The notes under the pieces: model-generated
Databases searched by the model: none
Told to the model about the DNA's origin: nothing
Seen by the model: the letters and a program-made list of their open reading frames with translations, nothing else
Part shown: positions 37,556 to 45,333 of the stretch, piece by piece
Layout of the letters: each line of letters starts with the position of its first letter
How positions within the stretch are numbered: the first letter of the stretch is position 1
Virus record (IMG/VR): IMGVR_UViG_3300031473_000131
Location: 1 to 46,302 of that record
Strand: one strand, 5' to 3'
DNA length: 46,302 nucleotides
Origin: a virus
Taxonomy: Duplodnaviria; Caudoviricetes
Position numbers and translations under genes: made by a program

Positions 37556-38014
37556 TCAAGCAGTGTTCTGCTCAAGTCCCAACCTAATGGCAAGTCGTTT
37601 TTCCCTATGCTGTATGGTATTTTTCTCTCTGGAACACGTTCTGCATATTCGATTTATTCTGCCGTCTTTTCGTGCTCTAACTCTCAGGGGTTTGCCAGAG
37701 TATTCGTGGCCGTTTTTACAGTGCGTCTTGGTTTTGTTTATGAATGCTGGACTACTGTAGGTCAGATAAGGATGATCGCCGTGACTAACTTCTGTTAAGT
37801 GACTTGGATTGAGGCATGCACGGTTCTCACATAGATGGTGAACATCATCAGCTAACTCTCCGTATACTGTGCGATAAACTTCCCGATGGATACGAACAGT
37901 CTTTCCAGCGATCTTCTGAGTTGCATAGCCGAAAGTTTTGCCTCCGAGCCACTCCCAACAGTGATTCGGCAACACAGTTGTATGTAGTTGTGCAATCTGT
38001 ATTGCTGTTTTCAT
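37556..38014 (-). CDS. HNH endonuclease (HNH_3 type) with C-terminal Zn module
   Basis: CWEWLGG, HHLCENRACLNPSHL, THCKNGHEY, CRTC. Confidence 0.9.
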   Translation of the reverse strand: MKTAIQIAQLHTTVLPNHCWEWLGGKTFGYATQKIAGKTVRIHREVYRTVYGELADDVHHLCENRACLNPSHLTEVSHGDHPYLTYSSPAFINKTKTHCKNGHEYSGKPLRVRARKDGRINRICRTCSREKNTIQHREKRLAIRLGLEQNTA

Positions 38015-38042
38015 AGTTACACCCTCCACCCAATCGTCCACC

Positions 38043-38177
38043 CTATTTCTCGGTGTATCCACAATTCGGGCAGATACTGCGCTTTCTGTCCCACGGCTCC
38101 AGTGGTGATTCACAAATGGGGCATTCATCATTCAGCCATGTCTTTGCTCGATGTAACCATGTAATCAGTTTGTGCAT
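38043..38177 (-). CDS. 44-aa zinc-ribbon protein (not in ORF track)
   Basis: AAGGAGG SD; CPICES...CPNCGY. Confidence 0.65.
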   Translation of the reverse strand: MHKLITWLHRAKTWLNDECPICESPLEPWDRKRSICPNCGYTEK

Positions 38178-38227
38178 ATAATCCTCCTTGTTTGTACCGG
38201 CAGCTTTGCCCCTCTACCGGCACGAAC

Positions 38228-38327
38228 AAAAAGCCACCTACGGGTTAAAGATAGGTGGCGTAAACAGCTCGTAATACTTTCTTTTAACCCGTCTATCCAT
38301 ATTGACATAAATATATGCGATTGTAAA
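38228..38327 (-). promoter_or_regulatory. Promoter plus leader L3 (terminator loop complementary to transcript 5' end)
   Basis: TTTACA-17-CAATAT; 38283-38292 complementary to 38240-38249 in terminator 38228-38259. Confidence 0.7.
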
Positions 38328-38341
38328 CATCATCAACCGCA

Positions 38342-38451
38342 TGAGGGGAGCAGGAGTTACACCTGCGGACTGCCTGTCCAGTCAGACTCTGAGTGTCGGG
38401 TACCGACAGGGTGCTCAGCGCTAAGCTTTGCGTCTGTGACGCCACCCCCTC
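38342..38451 (-). ncRNA. tRNA-like structured RNA candidate
   Basis: Acceptor-like GAGGGGG/TCCCCTC-A, T-arm-like GCAGG-TGTAACT-CCTGC, several internal hairpins. Confidence 0.45.
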
Positions 38452-38536
38452 ATACGATTGACGACGTGTCGTCCCCTCTTTGCTCAGGCCGCTTGGTGGC
38501 TCGGTCCGAGCAAGCAAGGGATGAACCTTGCTATTT

Positions 38537-39469
38537 TCATCTGACTACTTTTCGCTCCGTGATAGTAACCCCAGCGATTTCTCGCACCCCAGTCTTGACC
38601 GCTACCCTTATTTTCTGCTCATCAGGGCTCAAGGACTTAGCCGGCACTTGTGATGGGTCAACCACCTCGATGTCGTAGTTCGTCACAATATTGGACTTTG
38701 GCTTGCTGGCGGCCTCTTTAGCGGCGGTCTTTTCGGCTTCTGCCTGAGATGCTGCCAGTACCTGTGCCTCTTGCTCTCGCGCCAGCTGTCGGCGTTCGTC
38801 ATCGAGCTTTTGGCGTTCGAGCTCAATACGAGCCTTTTCCGCTTCCAAGGCCGCTCGTTCGGCCGTCTGGGTCTTGGCTTGCTCGGCCAGTCGTTGACGC
38901 TCGGCTTCAGCCTTTTCTTGGGAAGCGATAGCTTCCCCTCTAGCCTGTAAGTCGTTCAGACAGCGGGTATACGCCAGTTTGATAGCTGGGTTCTGTTGGT
39001 CAGCTTCACTGCAATCGGCATAAATCATTTGGGTGGAATCGATTGCGCCCTCCACACCAACCACGGTTCTGAAGTCGCTCATGTCAAAATTGAAGTCTTC
39101 ACATAGTCCCTGTACCCGATTTTCCTCGGCCCGCCGGTCGGCCTCCAGCTTTTCCTCATAGTCCAGGATTTGACCGGATACAACCGCTTTGGCCTCATCT
39201 AGGTTGACCAGAATGCTCTTCTCGGCGTCTAGAATGGTCTTCTTGAACTCGTCGAGCGGTCGGGTGAATTCCAGCCGCAGCTCTTTGACCGTGGACGCCT
39301 GAGCGTTGATTTCCTTCTTGATATCGTTCGCTGTTTTCAGGCTGGTGTTATCGACAACCGTTACTGACTTCGCCTGTGTGAGGATGGCGATTGCTTTTTC
39401 CTGAAGCGGTGTATTCTGCTTTTGAACTTCGAGCTCAAATTTATCGAATTGAATCGTTGGTAATGGCAC
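38537..39469 (-). CDS. Coiled-coil protein with Gp157/Gam-like C-terminus
   Basis: RLEFTRPLDE; VVDPSQVP...DEQKIR..VK.GVREIAGV. Confidence 0.65.
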   Translation of the reverse strand: MPLPTIQFDKFELEVQKQNTPLQEKAIAILTQAKSVTVVDNTSLKTANDIKKEINAQASTVKELRLEFTRPLDEFKKTILDAEKSILVNLDEAKAVVSGQILDYEEKLEADRRAEENRVQGLCEDFNFDMSDFRTVVGVEGAIDSTQMIYADCSEADQQNPAIKLAYTRCLNDLQARGEAIASQEKAEAERQRLAEQAKTQTAERAALEAEKARIELERQKLDDERRQLAREQEAQVLAASQAEAEKTAAKEAASKPKSNIVTNYDIEVVDPSQVPAKSLSPDEQKIRVAVKTGVREIAGVTITERKVVR

Positions 39470-39502
39470 TTGCCTCCATTCTGCCCTCTCAGGCGGTACT
39501 GA

Positions 39503-39733
39503 TTATTCTTCCCGATAGTTCATATACCGGTCCACTGGCTTGCGTCCCGCGTTGCGCTTGGCTTCCTGTGCCCATTCCTTACGCAGCTCTTGCAGTGTCT
39601 GTTCTGACTCCATCTTAATGGCCTTTGTGCGCTCTTGCCGATTGCGTCTTGCCTGTGCCTCCATCTCCCGATTATCGCCGTCAGAATAGGCCTCTCGTTC
39701 ATCCTGACGGGCATTGTACTGCTGGATAGTCAT
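39503..39733 (-). CDS. Hypothetical protein
   Basis: TAATG coupling. Confidence 0.55.
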   Translation of the reverse strand: MTIQQYNARQDEREAYSDGDNREMEAQARRNRQERTKAIKMESEQTLQELRKEWAQEAKRNAGRKPVDRYMNYREE

Positions 39734-40098
39734 TAGCGTGTCGCCTTTACGCTCAACGTATTCAACGCCTCTAGTGGATTACCAAACATCATATCAAACG
39801 CCTTGCCGTTCTCTCGGTCTCGCTTTGCTTCCATCTCACATACTTGGCAAACCATCTCACTATCTGGATTGCCATATTCACCCATTACTAACCCGACTTG
39901 GTGTCGTGGGCAGACATTCGTTGTTCGTAACTGCTCACCTGTTAATGACTTGTCTAGTGGATTACTCATAAAATATAACCTTTCAATTGTGTCTATGGTT
40001 TCATTAAACTCATAGGGGAGCTTTTGCTCCAAAAACCGCAAGCCAGAAATGGTGGCGGTGACTACTTGCTCTACTGCTGTGGGCTGTATATCTATCAT
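39733..40098 (-). CDS. Hypothetical protein (CPRH...CQVC)
   Basis: GAGGAG SD; first gene after early promoter. Confidence 0.6.
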   Translation of the reverse strand: MIDIQPTAVEQVVTATISGLRFLEQKLPYEFNETIDTIERLYFMSNPLDKSLTGEQLRTTNVCPRHQVGLVMGEYGNPDSEMVCQVCEMEAKRDRENGKAFDMMFGNPLEALNTLSVKATR

Positions 40099-40135
40099 TA
40101 AATACTCCTCTCACAAAGTATGTATGCTTTTGCAT

Positions 40136-40173
40136 ATGTTTACATTATATAGTTAACATAAAACTATGTCAAG
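40136..40173 (-). promoter_or_regulatory. Consensus sigma70 early promoter with operator, near copy of 5592-5629
   Basis: TTGACA-17-TATAAT; CTTGACATAGTTTTATGTTAACTATATAATGTAAACAT. Confidence 0.85.
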
Positions 40174-40180
40174 CACCAAA

Positions 40181-40372
40181 TTAACGCTTGTTTATCCAAA
40201 TAAATTCCGGCTGATATAGCCTAACCACTTCCGCCTTATCCCAGGCCTTGTGATATGCCCATAACGCATTCGTTACTCTGATTGACCACTGTCTCTGGAC
40301 AAAAGACTCTGCTTCGCTTTCAGACCGGCTGTGGGCCTCCATAATTGCAGCCACGTTGATTTCGCCTTCCAT
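40181..40372 (-). CDS. Hypothetical protein
   Basis: AGGGGG SD next to large hairpin. Confidence 0.5.
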   Translation of the reverse strand: MEGEINVAAIMEAHSRSESEAESFVQRQWSIRVTNALWAYHKAWDKAEVVRLYQPEFIWINKR

Positions 40373-40386
40373 AGTTGCTACCCCCT

Positions 40387-40525
40387 GCTCCTACACCGGC
40401 TGCCTGCCGGAAGTTAGTGACTTTTTACCAGTGAGCGGGTCAAGAGGGGGGAAGGACTTTGTCCGGCCCTCTTGAGGCGGTCACGCATGATAAGTCATGT
40501 TCCGGCAGGCAGCCGGTGTAGGAGC
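40387..40525. repeat. 26-bp perfect inverted repeat closing a structured 87-nt spacer
   Basis: GCTCCTACACCGGCTGCCTGCCGGAA (40387-40412) and complement (40500-40525). Confidence 0.9.
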
Positions 40526-40689
40526 TTCCCTCTCTCTTGGTCTGGGGTTACAGACCATGCACCTCGTCAGGGTGTCCTGACTCCTACGTGAAACGTAAAA
40601 ATACTCTCAAATAGTTCTATTTCTTGGTAATAGTTGGGGTTGGGGCGCAAACACGCTGGCTTACTGGGAGTGGAAGCCGACGCTTGCGC

Positions 40690-41634
40690 TCAATCAAAGC
40701 TGAGTGACTGGTAGCCGTCCATGGTTGGGACGAACCAGACAGAGTCCAGCGCGGTGTAATCAGGTGGCTCTATGAAGGCAAAAGCCGTGAACCAATAGGC
40801 CTTGCGTCCGCCCGATTTTAGGGTTGCTTCCTTGAGGTGTTGTGCCCTCTTTGCGCCGGTGGTGATGACCAACACTTGTGGGCGTTGAAGACCCGAAAAG
40901 AGTGGATCGTTGACGAACCGATGGCGGAAGTAATCGCCGTACTTGGCAATTTTTCTATCGAAAGATGAGAAGGCTGCTCCGCGCACGACTTCAGTTCCTG
41001 CGTCCACTTCAATCAGGTAGGTCTTGAGCAACGAGCCGAATTTGACCACCAGCAAAGCGTCAGGTTGAATGTCCTTGAGGTGCGTTTGGCCGTCCATAAT
41101 CTGCCGCTTCAACTGCTTGTCGTTTAAGACCAGGACGGTTTCGCCACCGGCCTGGCGGAAGGATCCAATCAGATTTGCCAGGACGTTGTTGAGCTTCAAG
41201 GCATGGTCGTAGGTCAAGGGGGCGGAGGTTCGTAATCCTGACGTCCAATTGGGGTGGAAATCGTCACGCTTATGGTGTTTGAGGAGTTCGACGCCGTGGC
41301 GAGTCAGCAGGTTCAGCTCGTGGCGGATCAACTTCTGGGGAGTTGGGTACTCCGCGATAGGGACCACCTCCACCAGACCGAGATCCTTTAATCGGCGAAG
41401 GCACATCTCGTTGGCCGCGTTGCAGGCGGTTGACAGTTGGCGGGGCTGGTTCTTGGTGTTCGGCTCCATCCAGAAATACATCTTCGCCACCATCAATGAG
41501 GTCAAGAAGTCGAGTTGGTCCAGGCGTTCCAGTACCTCCCATCCGTGCTGAATCAGGCTCATCGGATAGGTCTTGTGGGGCGTCGTGAAGTGGATTCGGC
41601 CTTGTCGCTTTGGTTTGACGTGTGGGTTTTCCAT
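40690..41634 (-). CDS. Replication-relaxation (Replic_Relax/MOB_C-related) protein
   Basis: Winged-helix-like N-terminus, DHALKLN, IQPDALL...YLIEVDAGTE...KIAKY, PQVLVIT. Confidence 0.8.
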   Translation of the reverse strand: MENPHVKPKRQGRIHFTTPHKTYPMSLIQHGWEVLERLDQLDFLTSLMVAKMYFWMEPNTKNQPRQLSTACNAANEMCLRRLKDLGLVEVVPIAEYPTPQKLIRHELNLLTRHGVELLKHHKRDDFHPNWTSGLRTSAPLTYDHALKLNNVLANLIGSFRQAGGETVLVLNDKQLKRQIMDGQTHLKDIQPDALLVVKFGSLLKTYLIEVDAGTEVVRGAAFSSFDRKIAKYGDYFRHRFVNDPLFSGLQRPQVLVITTGAKRAQHLKEATLKSGGRKAYWFTAFAFIEPPDYTALDSVWFVPTMDGYQSLSFD

Positions 41635-42958
41635 TGTTTTCCATTGTGCCACCTTGCCGCCAGGCTTCATAGCGCTCCCTGAGACTGGGAATGTCGGATT
41701 TGGGCAAGGTGTACCGAATAGCCTGGGACTGCGCTTCGACCAATTGCGTCAGGTTGGCCGTCGAGTTCCACGGTGGCATCATCAGTCGTTGGGTGGGAGT
41801 GTTTGCCAGACCTTTATACGTCCAGTCGGCCTCATGCTCACCAAATGACTCTTGACGCTCTCTAAACCGCTCATAGGCAACTGAGGTAGTAGGAGCGTCA
41901 CCTTCGCTTTGTCGGAACGCCAGACGGCTCACGTGACCAAGAGCTACCGGAATATCTGAGTCTTTGTCTAATTGTTGGAGTTGACCGTAATCCTGATGAG
42001 CAAATACTGGGAAAATATTAAAGGCGTTCCCGTTACGGATGATGCGAGCAAACGGGGCGGGGGCCAGCTCGTGGGCTTCATCCACTATCAGTCGCCAGCG
42101 GCGCTCACGGCTCCAGTCGGAGAGTCGGCTTTCTCTCCGTGCGTAGAGATTTGTCAGGTGGGAGGTCATCAGGTTACCAATACGTCTGCCATCTTCGTTA
42201 CTTAAGCCCTCGGCTAGATTGACTACTACTAGCTTTCCTTGATCGAGCCAGTCGCCTAAGTGAATGGTAGAGGTGGGGGAAGCGATTGTCAGACTAACAT
42301 CTTCCGATGTGAGAAAATCCCATAACCGTCCAAGTGTCGAGTCTACTTGGACGCGTTGGTCGCGCTGAGACCAGTCATCAAAATAATCCCAGAACCATTG
42401 CAGGTCAGGTCGGCGAGACTTGGCACGTAGTTGATTTCGGAAACCTGCGTCGAGAAAGACCAACACCACATCGCGCAGTGTAAGTTGGGGCAGTGCGTAA
42501 ACCAGTTGTGCTCCGGCGTAAAGGTACTTGCCTACTAAGGTCATGACTGCGGCGTCGTAGCGACCAATATGGGCGAATAGCGTTACGACATTCGACGCGG
42601 TAATGTTGGTGAGTTTTTTGGCATATCGGCTGTTGCGGTCTATCTCCATTATATTAAAGGCGATAGTGCGGTCTTGGTCAGCGCCCGGACTGAGGTAGAT
42701 GAGCTTGTCTGGATGGGAGGTTTTAAGCGCCACGTCCTGTGCCAAGTCACCCTTTGGGTCAAGCAAGACGACGCCCTCTCCGGCATTAATACAGGCGTCG
42801 GCAAATCTCCCAAGAAAGGTGGATTTACCGGATTTTGGGCTGCCAATTACATGTAGCGCATCAAGGTCAGACAAGTTAACCAATACCTTGCGCTTGATGA
42901 TTGAACCTTTGGGGGCACGGGAGGTCCCGACGACGAAACTAGGCGTTTTTGTCGTCAT
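41270..42958 (-). CDS. Type IV coupling protein-like ATPase (TraD/TrwB/HerA superfamily)
   Basis: HVIGSPKSGKST, LLDPKGDL, LIVDEAH, FAHQ. Confidence 0.85.
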   Translation of the reverse strand: MTTKTPSFVVGTSRAPKGSIIKRKVLVNLSDLDALHVIGSPKSGKSTFLGRFADACINAGEGVVLLDPKGDLAQDVALKTSHPDKLIYLSPGADQDRTIAFNIMEIDRNSRYAKKLTNITASNVVTLFAHIGRYDAAVMTLVGKYLYAGAQLVYALPQLTLRDVVLVFLDAGFRNQLRAKSRRPDLQWFWDYFDDWSQRDQRVQVDSTLGRLWDFLTSEDVSLTIASPTSTIHLGDWLDQGKLVVVNLAEGLSNEDGRRIGNLMTSHLTNLYARRESRLSDWSRERRWRLIVDEAHELAPAPFARIIRNGNAFNIFPVFAHQDYGQLQQLDKDSDIPVALGHVSRLAFRQSEGDAPTTSVAYERFRERQESFGEHEADWTYKGLANTPTQRLMMPPWNSTANLTQLVEAQSQAIRYTLPKSDIPSLRERYEAWRQGGTMENNGKPTRQTKATRPNPLHDAPQDLSDEPDSARMGGTGTPGPTRLLDLIDGGEDVFLDGAEHQEPAPPTVNRLQRGQRDVPSPIKGSRSGGGGPYRGVPNSPEVDPPRAEPADSPRRRTPQTP

Positions 42959-43865
42959 CGAACAAGCCCATGTTGCGAAGCATCATCCGTTCGACAGCTT
43001 CAACAACCTTTTTCTCGTCCATCTGAGCTGACGGGTCAATTCGCCTCACTTCGTTGTAGACGTGATTGAACCGTTCGACCAGCTCTTGTCCTAATAGATG
43101 ATCACGCAGCTCGGTCTTGACCAGCACTGTGGTTTGCAGCGCCAGACCCATCATATTGAGCAGGTTCACCCAACGCTCATGCAACAACGACCGCTCCTGC
43201 TTCTGCGCCTCAGCTACAACGCGCGGAGTTTCCTCTTTGATTCTAAGCTTTGTTTGACGTGCGGTGACCCTTAAATTTTCCTCGTTTTGTAGACGCACGA
43301 TTTCCATTCGCTGCTTTTCGAGCTCCATGCTTTGAATCTGTAGTTTGTAGTCCTGCTCGATAGCTCTAGCATCATGTACTTCATTCTGGAGTTTCATCAC
43401 TTCGATTTGTTGAATCTGGGCCTGATAATCACGTTCCCGTACTCCCTGGGCTCGTATGGCCTCAACTTTGTTCACAAGTTCAGCCTCGGCCACAGTAGAA
43501 ACAATCGGTACATCCCCCAAACTGTACATCATACTATCCCGAAAACTACCCTCAAAAAATAGCTTCCCCAGCCTCGTCAGCTCATGCTTAGACATTACTC
43601 CAGTGTCCGGGTTATCATCGGCGTATTTAGATGACCTATTTTTTAAGTAAGAGTCGTCGTACCCATCGACTTTAGCTATCCAGGCTTGTACCTTGAGTAA
43701 TTCCCCACTTCCGAGAATTAGAACAAGCTCGCGCAAATACTTTGACCCGCGCCTTACAAGTTCGTTTTCTTGTTTTGCTCGGTCTCGAATTCCGCTGTCT
43801 GACCTATACAGCCAGACTGCTGCAATTATCGTCACCAACCAAACGATAAACCAGAACCAGGCCAT
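42939..43865 (-). CDS. Membrane-anchored coiled-coil protein
   Basis: N-terminal TM MAWFWFIVWLVTIIAAVWL; long Q/E-rich coil. Confidence 0.7.
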   Translation of the reverse strand: MAWFWFIVWLVTIIAAVWLYRSDSGIRDRAKQENELVRRGSKYLRELVLILGSGELLKVQAWIAKVDGYDDSYLKNRSSKYADDNPDTGVMSKHELTRLGKLFFEGSFRDSMMYSLGDVPIVSTVAEAELVNKVEAIRAQGVRERDYQAQIQQIEVMKLQNEVHDARAIEQDYKLQIQSMELEKQRMEIVRLQNEENLRVTARQTKLRIKEETPRVVAEAQKQERSLLHERWVNLLNMMGLALQTTVLVKTELRDHLLGQELVERFNHVYNEVRRIDPSAQMDEKKVVEAVERMMLRNMGLFDDDKNA

Positions 43866-44330
43866 GAGGTCACTCCCCTAATAAAGTTGGCATGATTGGG
43901 ACCCGGCTCGATACGCGGCTGTTCTCTGTAGTACTCCTGTAACCGCAGCATAGCGTTCGCCGTCGTGTTACGCAAGCAGATGGCGAAGTCGAAGGGGCAA
44001 ACGACGTAAACTGTCTTTAGGCCGCCCCCATTCGACCGACCCAAAATCATACGCACCCGGCTTCGTCGCGCCCAGCTAGCGCCATTCCTCCCCACAAGAA
44101 TGAACGGACGACTGGTGACGGCGGTACTGTTTCCCGTCCGATGAGCCACCCCGGAAGTAAACAGCCGGGTACACAGGACCTACTCGTGCGTTCAGGTTGG
44201 ATTGGATGGGGCGGCAACTGGAAGTATGATTGTGCTTGGATAGCAGGTGCGAAACCCTCAGACGACTGGATGGGTACGAGTCAACTTCTGGCGACAGACC
44301 ATTACGTATGGGCTTGGTCAGAAAGGCGAC

Positions 44331-44609
44331 ATGTCTATTTTTCAATCGACTCTCCAGCGTCTCATTGCCCAAAGCGGAAAGAGCCTGTCGGAAATTGCTG
44401 AACTGGCGGATGTGGATCGAAGCTATCTGATGAGGTTGGCTCGCGGTGATAAGGACAATCCATCACCGGAAACCCTCGTCAAGATTTGGATCGGCATCTG
44501 TATGGACAGCCGACTGGCAAAAGCCGACCCGACATTCGTTCATGGTCTGGCTGAAATGATGCTTGCGGCAGGATTGTCACGGTACGCGACTGCAAAACGA
44601 TCGGAGTAG
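44331..44609 (+). CDS. XRE-family HTH regulator (candidate repressor)
   Basis: KSLSEIAELADVDRSYLMRLARGDKDNPSPETL. Confidence 0.85.
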   Translation: MSIFQSTLQRLIAQSGKSLSEIAELADVDRSYLMRLARGDKDNPSPETLVKIWIGICMDSRLAKADPTFVHGLAEMMLAAGLSRYATAKRSE

Positions 44610-44664
44610 CAACGCCACCCTGCGGTGGATGAACTTGTAAGACCGTTGGCCTGCTATCCACCTT

Positions 44665-45141
44665 TTAATCGAACGGAATGTTCAAGACTGCGAACTGGCC
44701 TCTGAGTTGAATTGTAAACTGATCATAAACATACATTGCCTCATGTTCGTCATCAAACCTGCCAATATGGATGATTGAATCATACATGCGTAACTGTGCG
44801 CTCCACATAGAGCGAGATGTATCCCAAAACACGCCTATCCGCCCCTTACGCTCCATGCCAAACCTGCGGCGGTTCCATTGGTTCTGGGACTTGGTACACA
44901 GACGAAGGTTGCTTCTGGTTGCATTCAGGACGTCGCCGTCTTTATGGTCCACTAAGAGACCTGATGGAGGCGATACCAACTCATTGTGAAGAAATATGTG
45001 TGTGTTGGGTCCATTTCTGCGTGCAGGGTAACCACCTTTTTTGGCATGCCACTTGAAATGAGCAGCCCAAACATAGTCATCATCGTCAAGTAAAACGTAT
45101 TTCCCCTTGCCATTCTTTCCCGACAGTGCGATTCTCTGCAT
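44665..45141 (-). CDS. HNH-AP2 endonuclease
   Basis: VDHKDGDVLNATRSNLRLCTKSQNQWN; GVFWD...WSAQL...HIGRFDDEHEA..YD. Confidence 0.9.
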   Translation of the reverse strand: MQRIALSGKNGKGKYVLLDDDDYVWAAHFKWHAKKGGYPARRNGPNTHIFLHNELVSPPSGLLVDHKDGDVLNATRSNLRLCTKSQNQWNRRRFGMERKGRIGVFWDTSRSMWSAQLRMYDSIIHIGRFDDEHEAMYVYDQFTIQLRGQFAVLNIPFD

Positions 45142-45149
45142 ATACCTCC

Positions 45150-45248
45150 AAAAAGCCCCCTCGAGTAACGGCTCAAAGGGGCTGATTTCAAAGATTCGCT
45201 GCCGTTACAACGTATGTCTATTATCTCAAGTAGACATAAAATAGTCAA
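45150..45248 (-). promoter_or_regulatory. Promoter plus leader L4 with operator-like palindrome
   Basis: TTGACT-17-GATAAT; TATGTCTA-N10-TAGACATA; 45201-45208 complementary to 45165-45172 in terminator 45150-45183. Confidence 0.72.
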
Positions 45249-45303
45249 ACGGCTCCCTGCGGAGTGACAGTCCTGTAACACCGACAGCTTCGCCTCACCC
45301 CAT

Positions 45304-45329
45304 AAAAAAGAGGGCCTGTGAAGGCTCTC
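45304..45329 (-). terminator. Intrinsic terminator after recombinase
   Basis: GAGAGCCT-TCAC-AGGCCCTC-TTTTTT. Confidence 0.75.
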
Positions 45330-45333
45330 GTGA

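Noticed and set aside
40136-40173. dif/Xer site because of TTATGTTAACT
   Set aside because: Arms are separated by 2 bp rather than the 6-bp dif spacer; promoter plus operator explains it better
40387-40525. Retron msr-msd or DGR element
   Set aside because: No reverse transcriptase and no TR/VR pair in the window
43832-44430. Several overlapping short ORFs between the TM gene and the XRE
   Set aside because: No frame has a convincing SD or motif; probably a divergent control region
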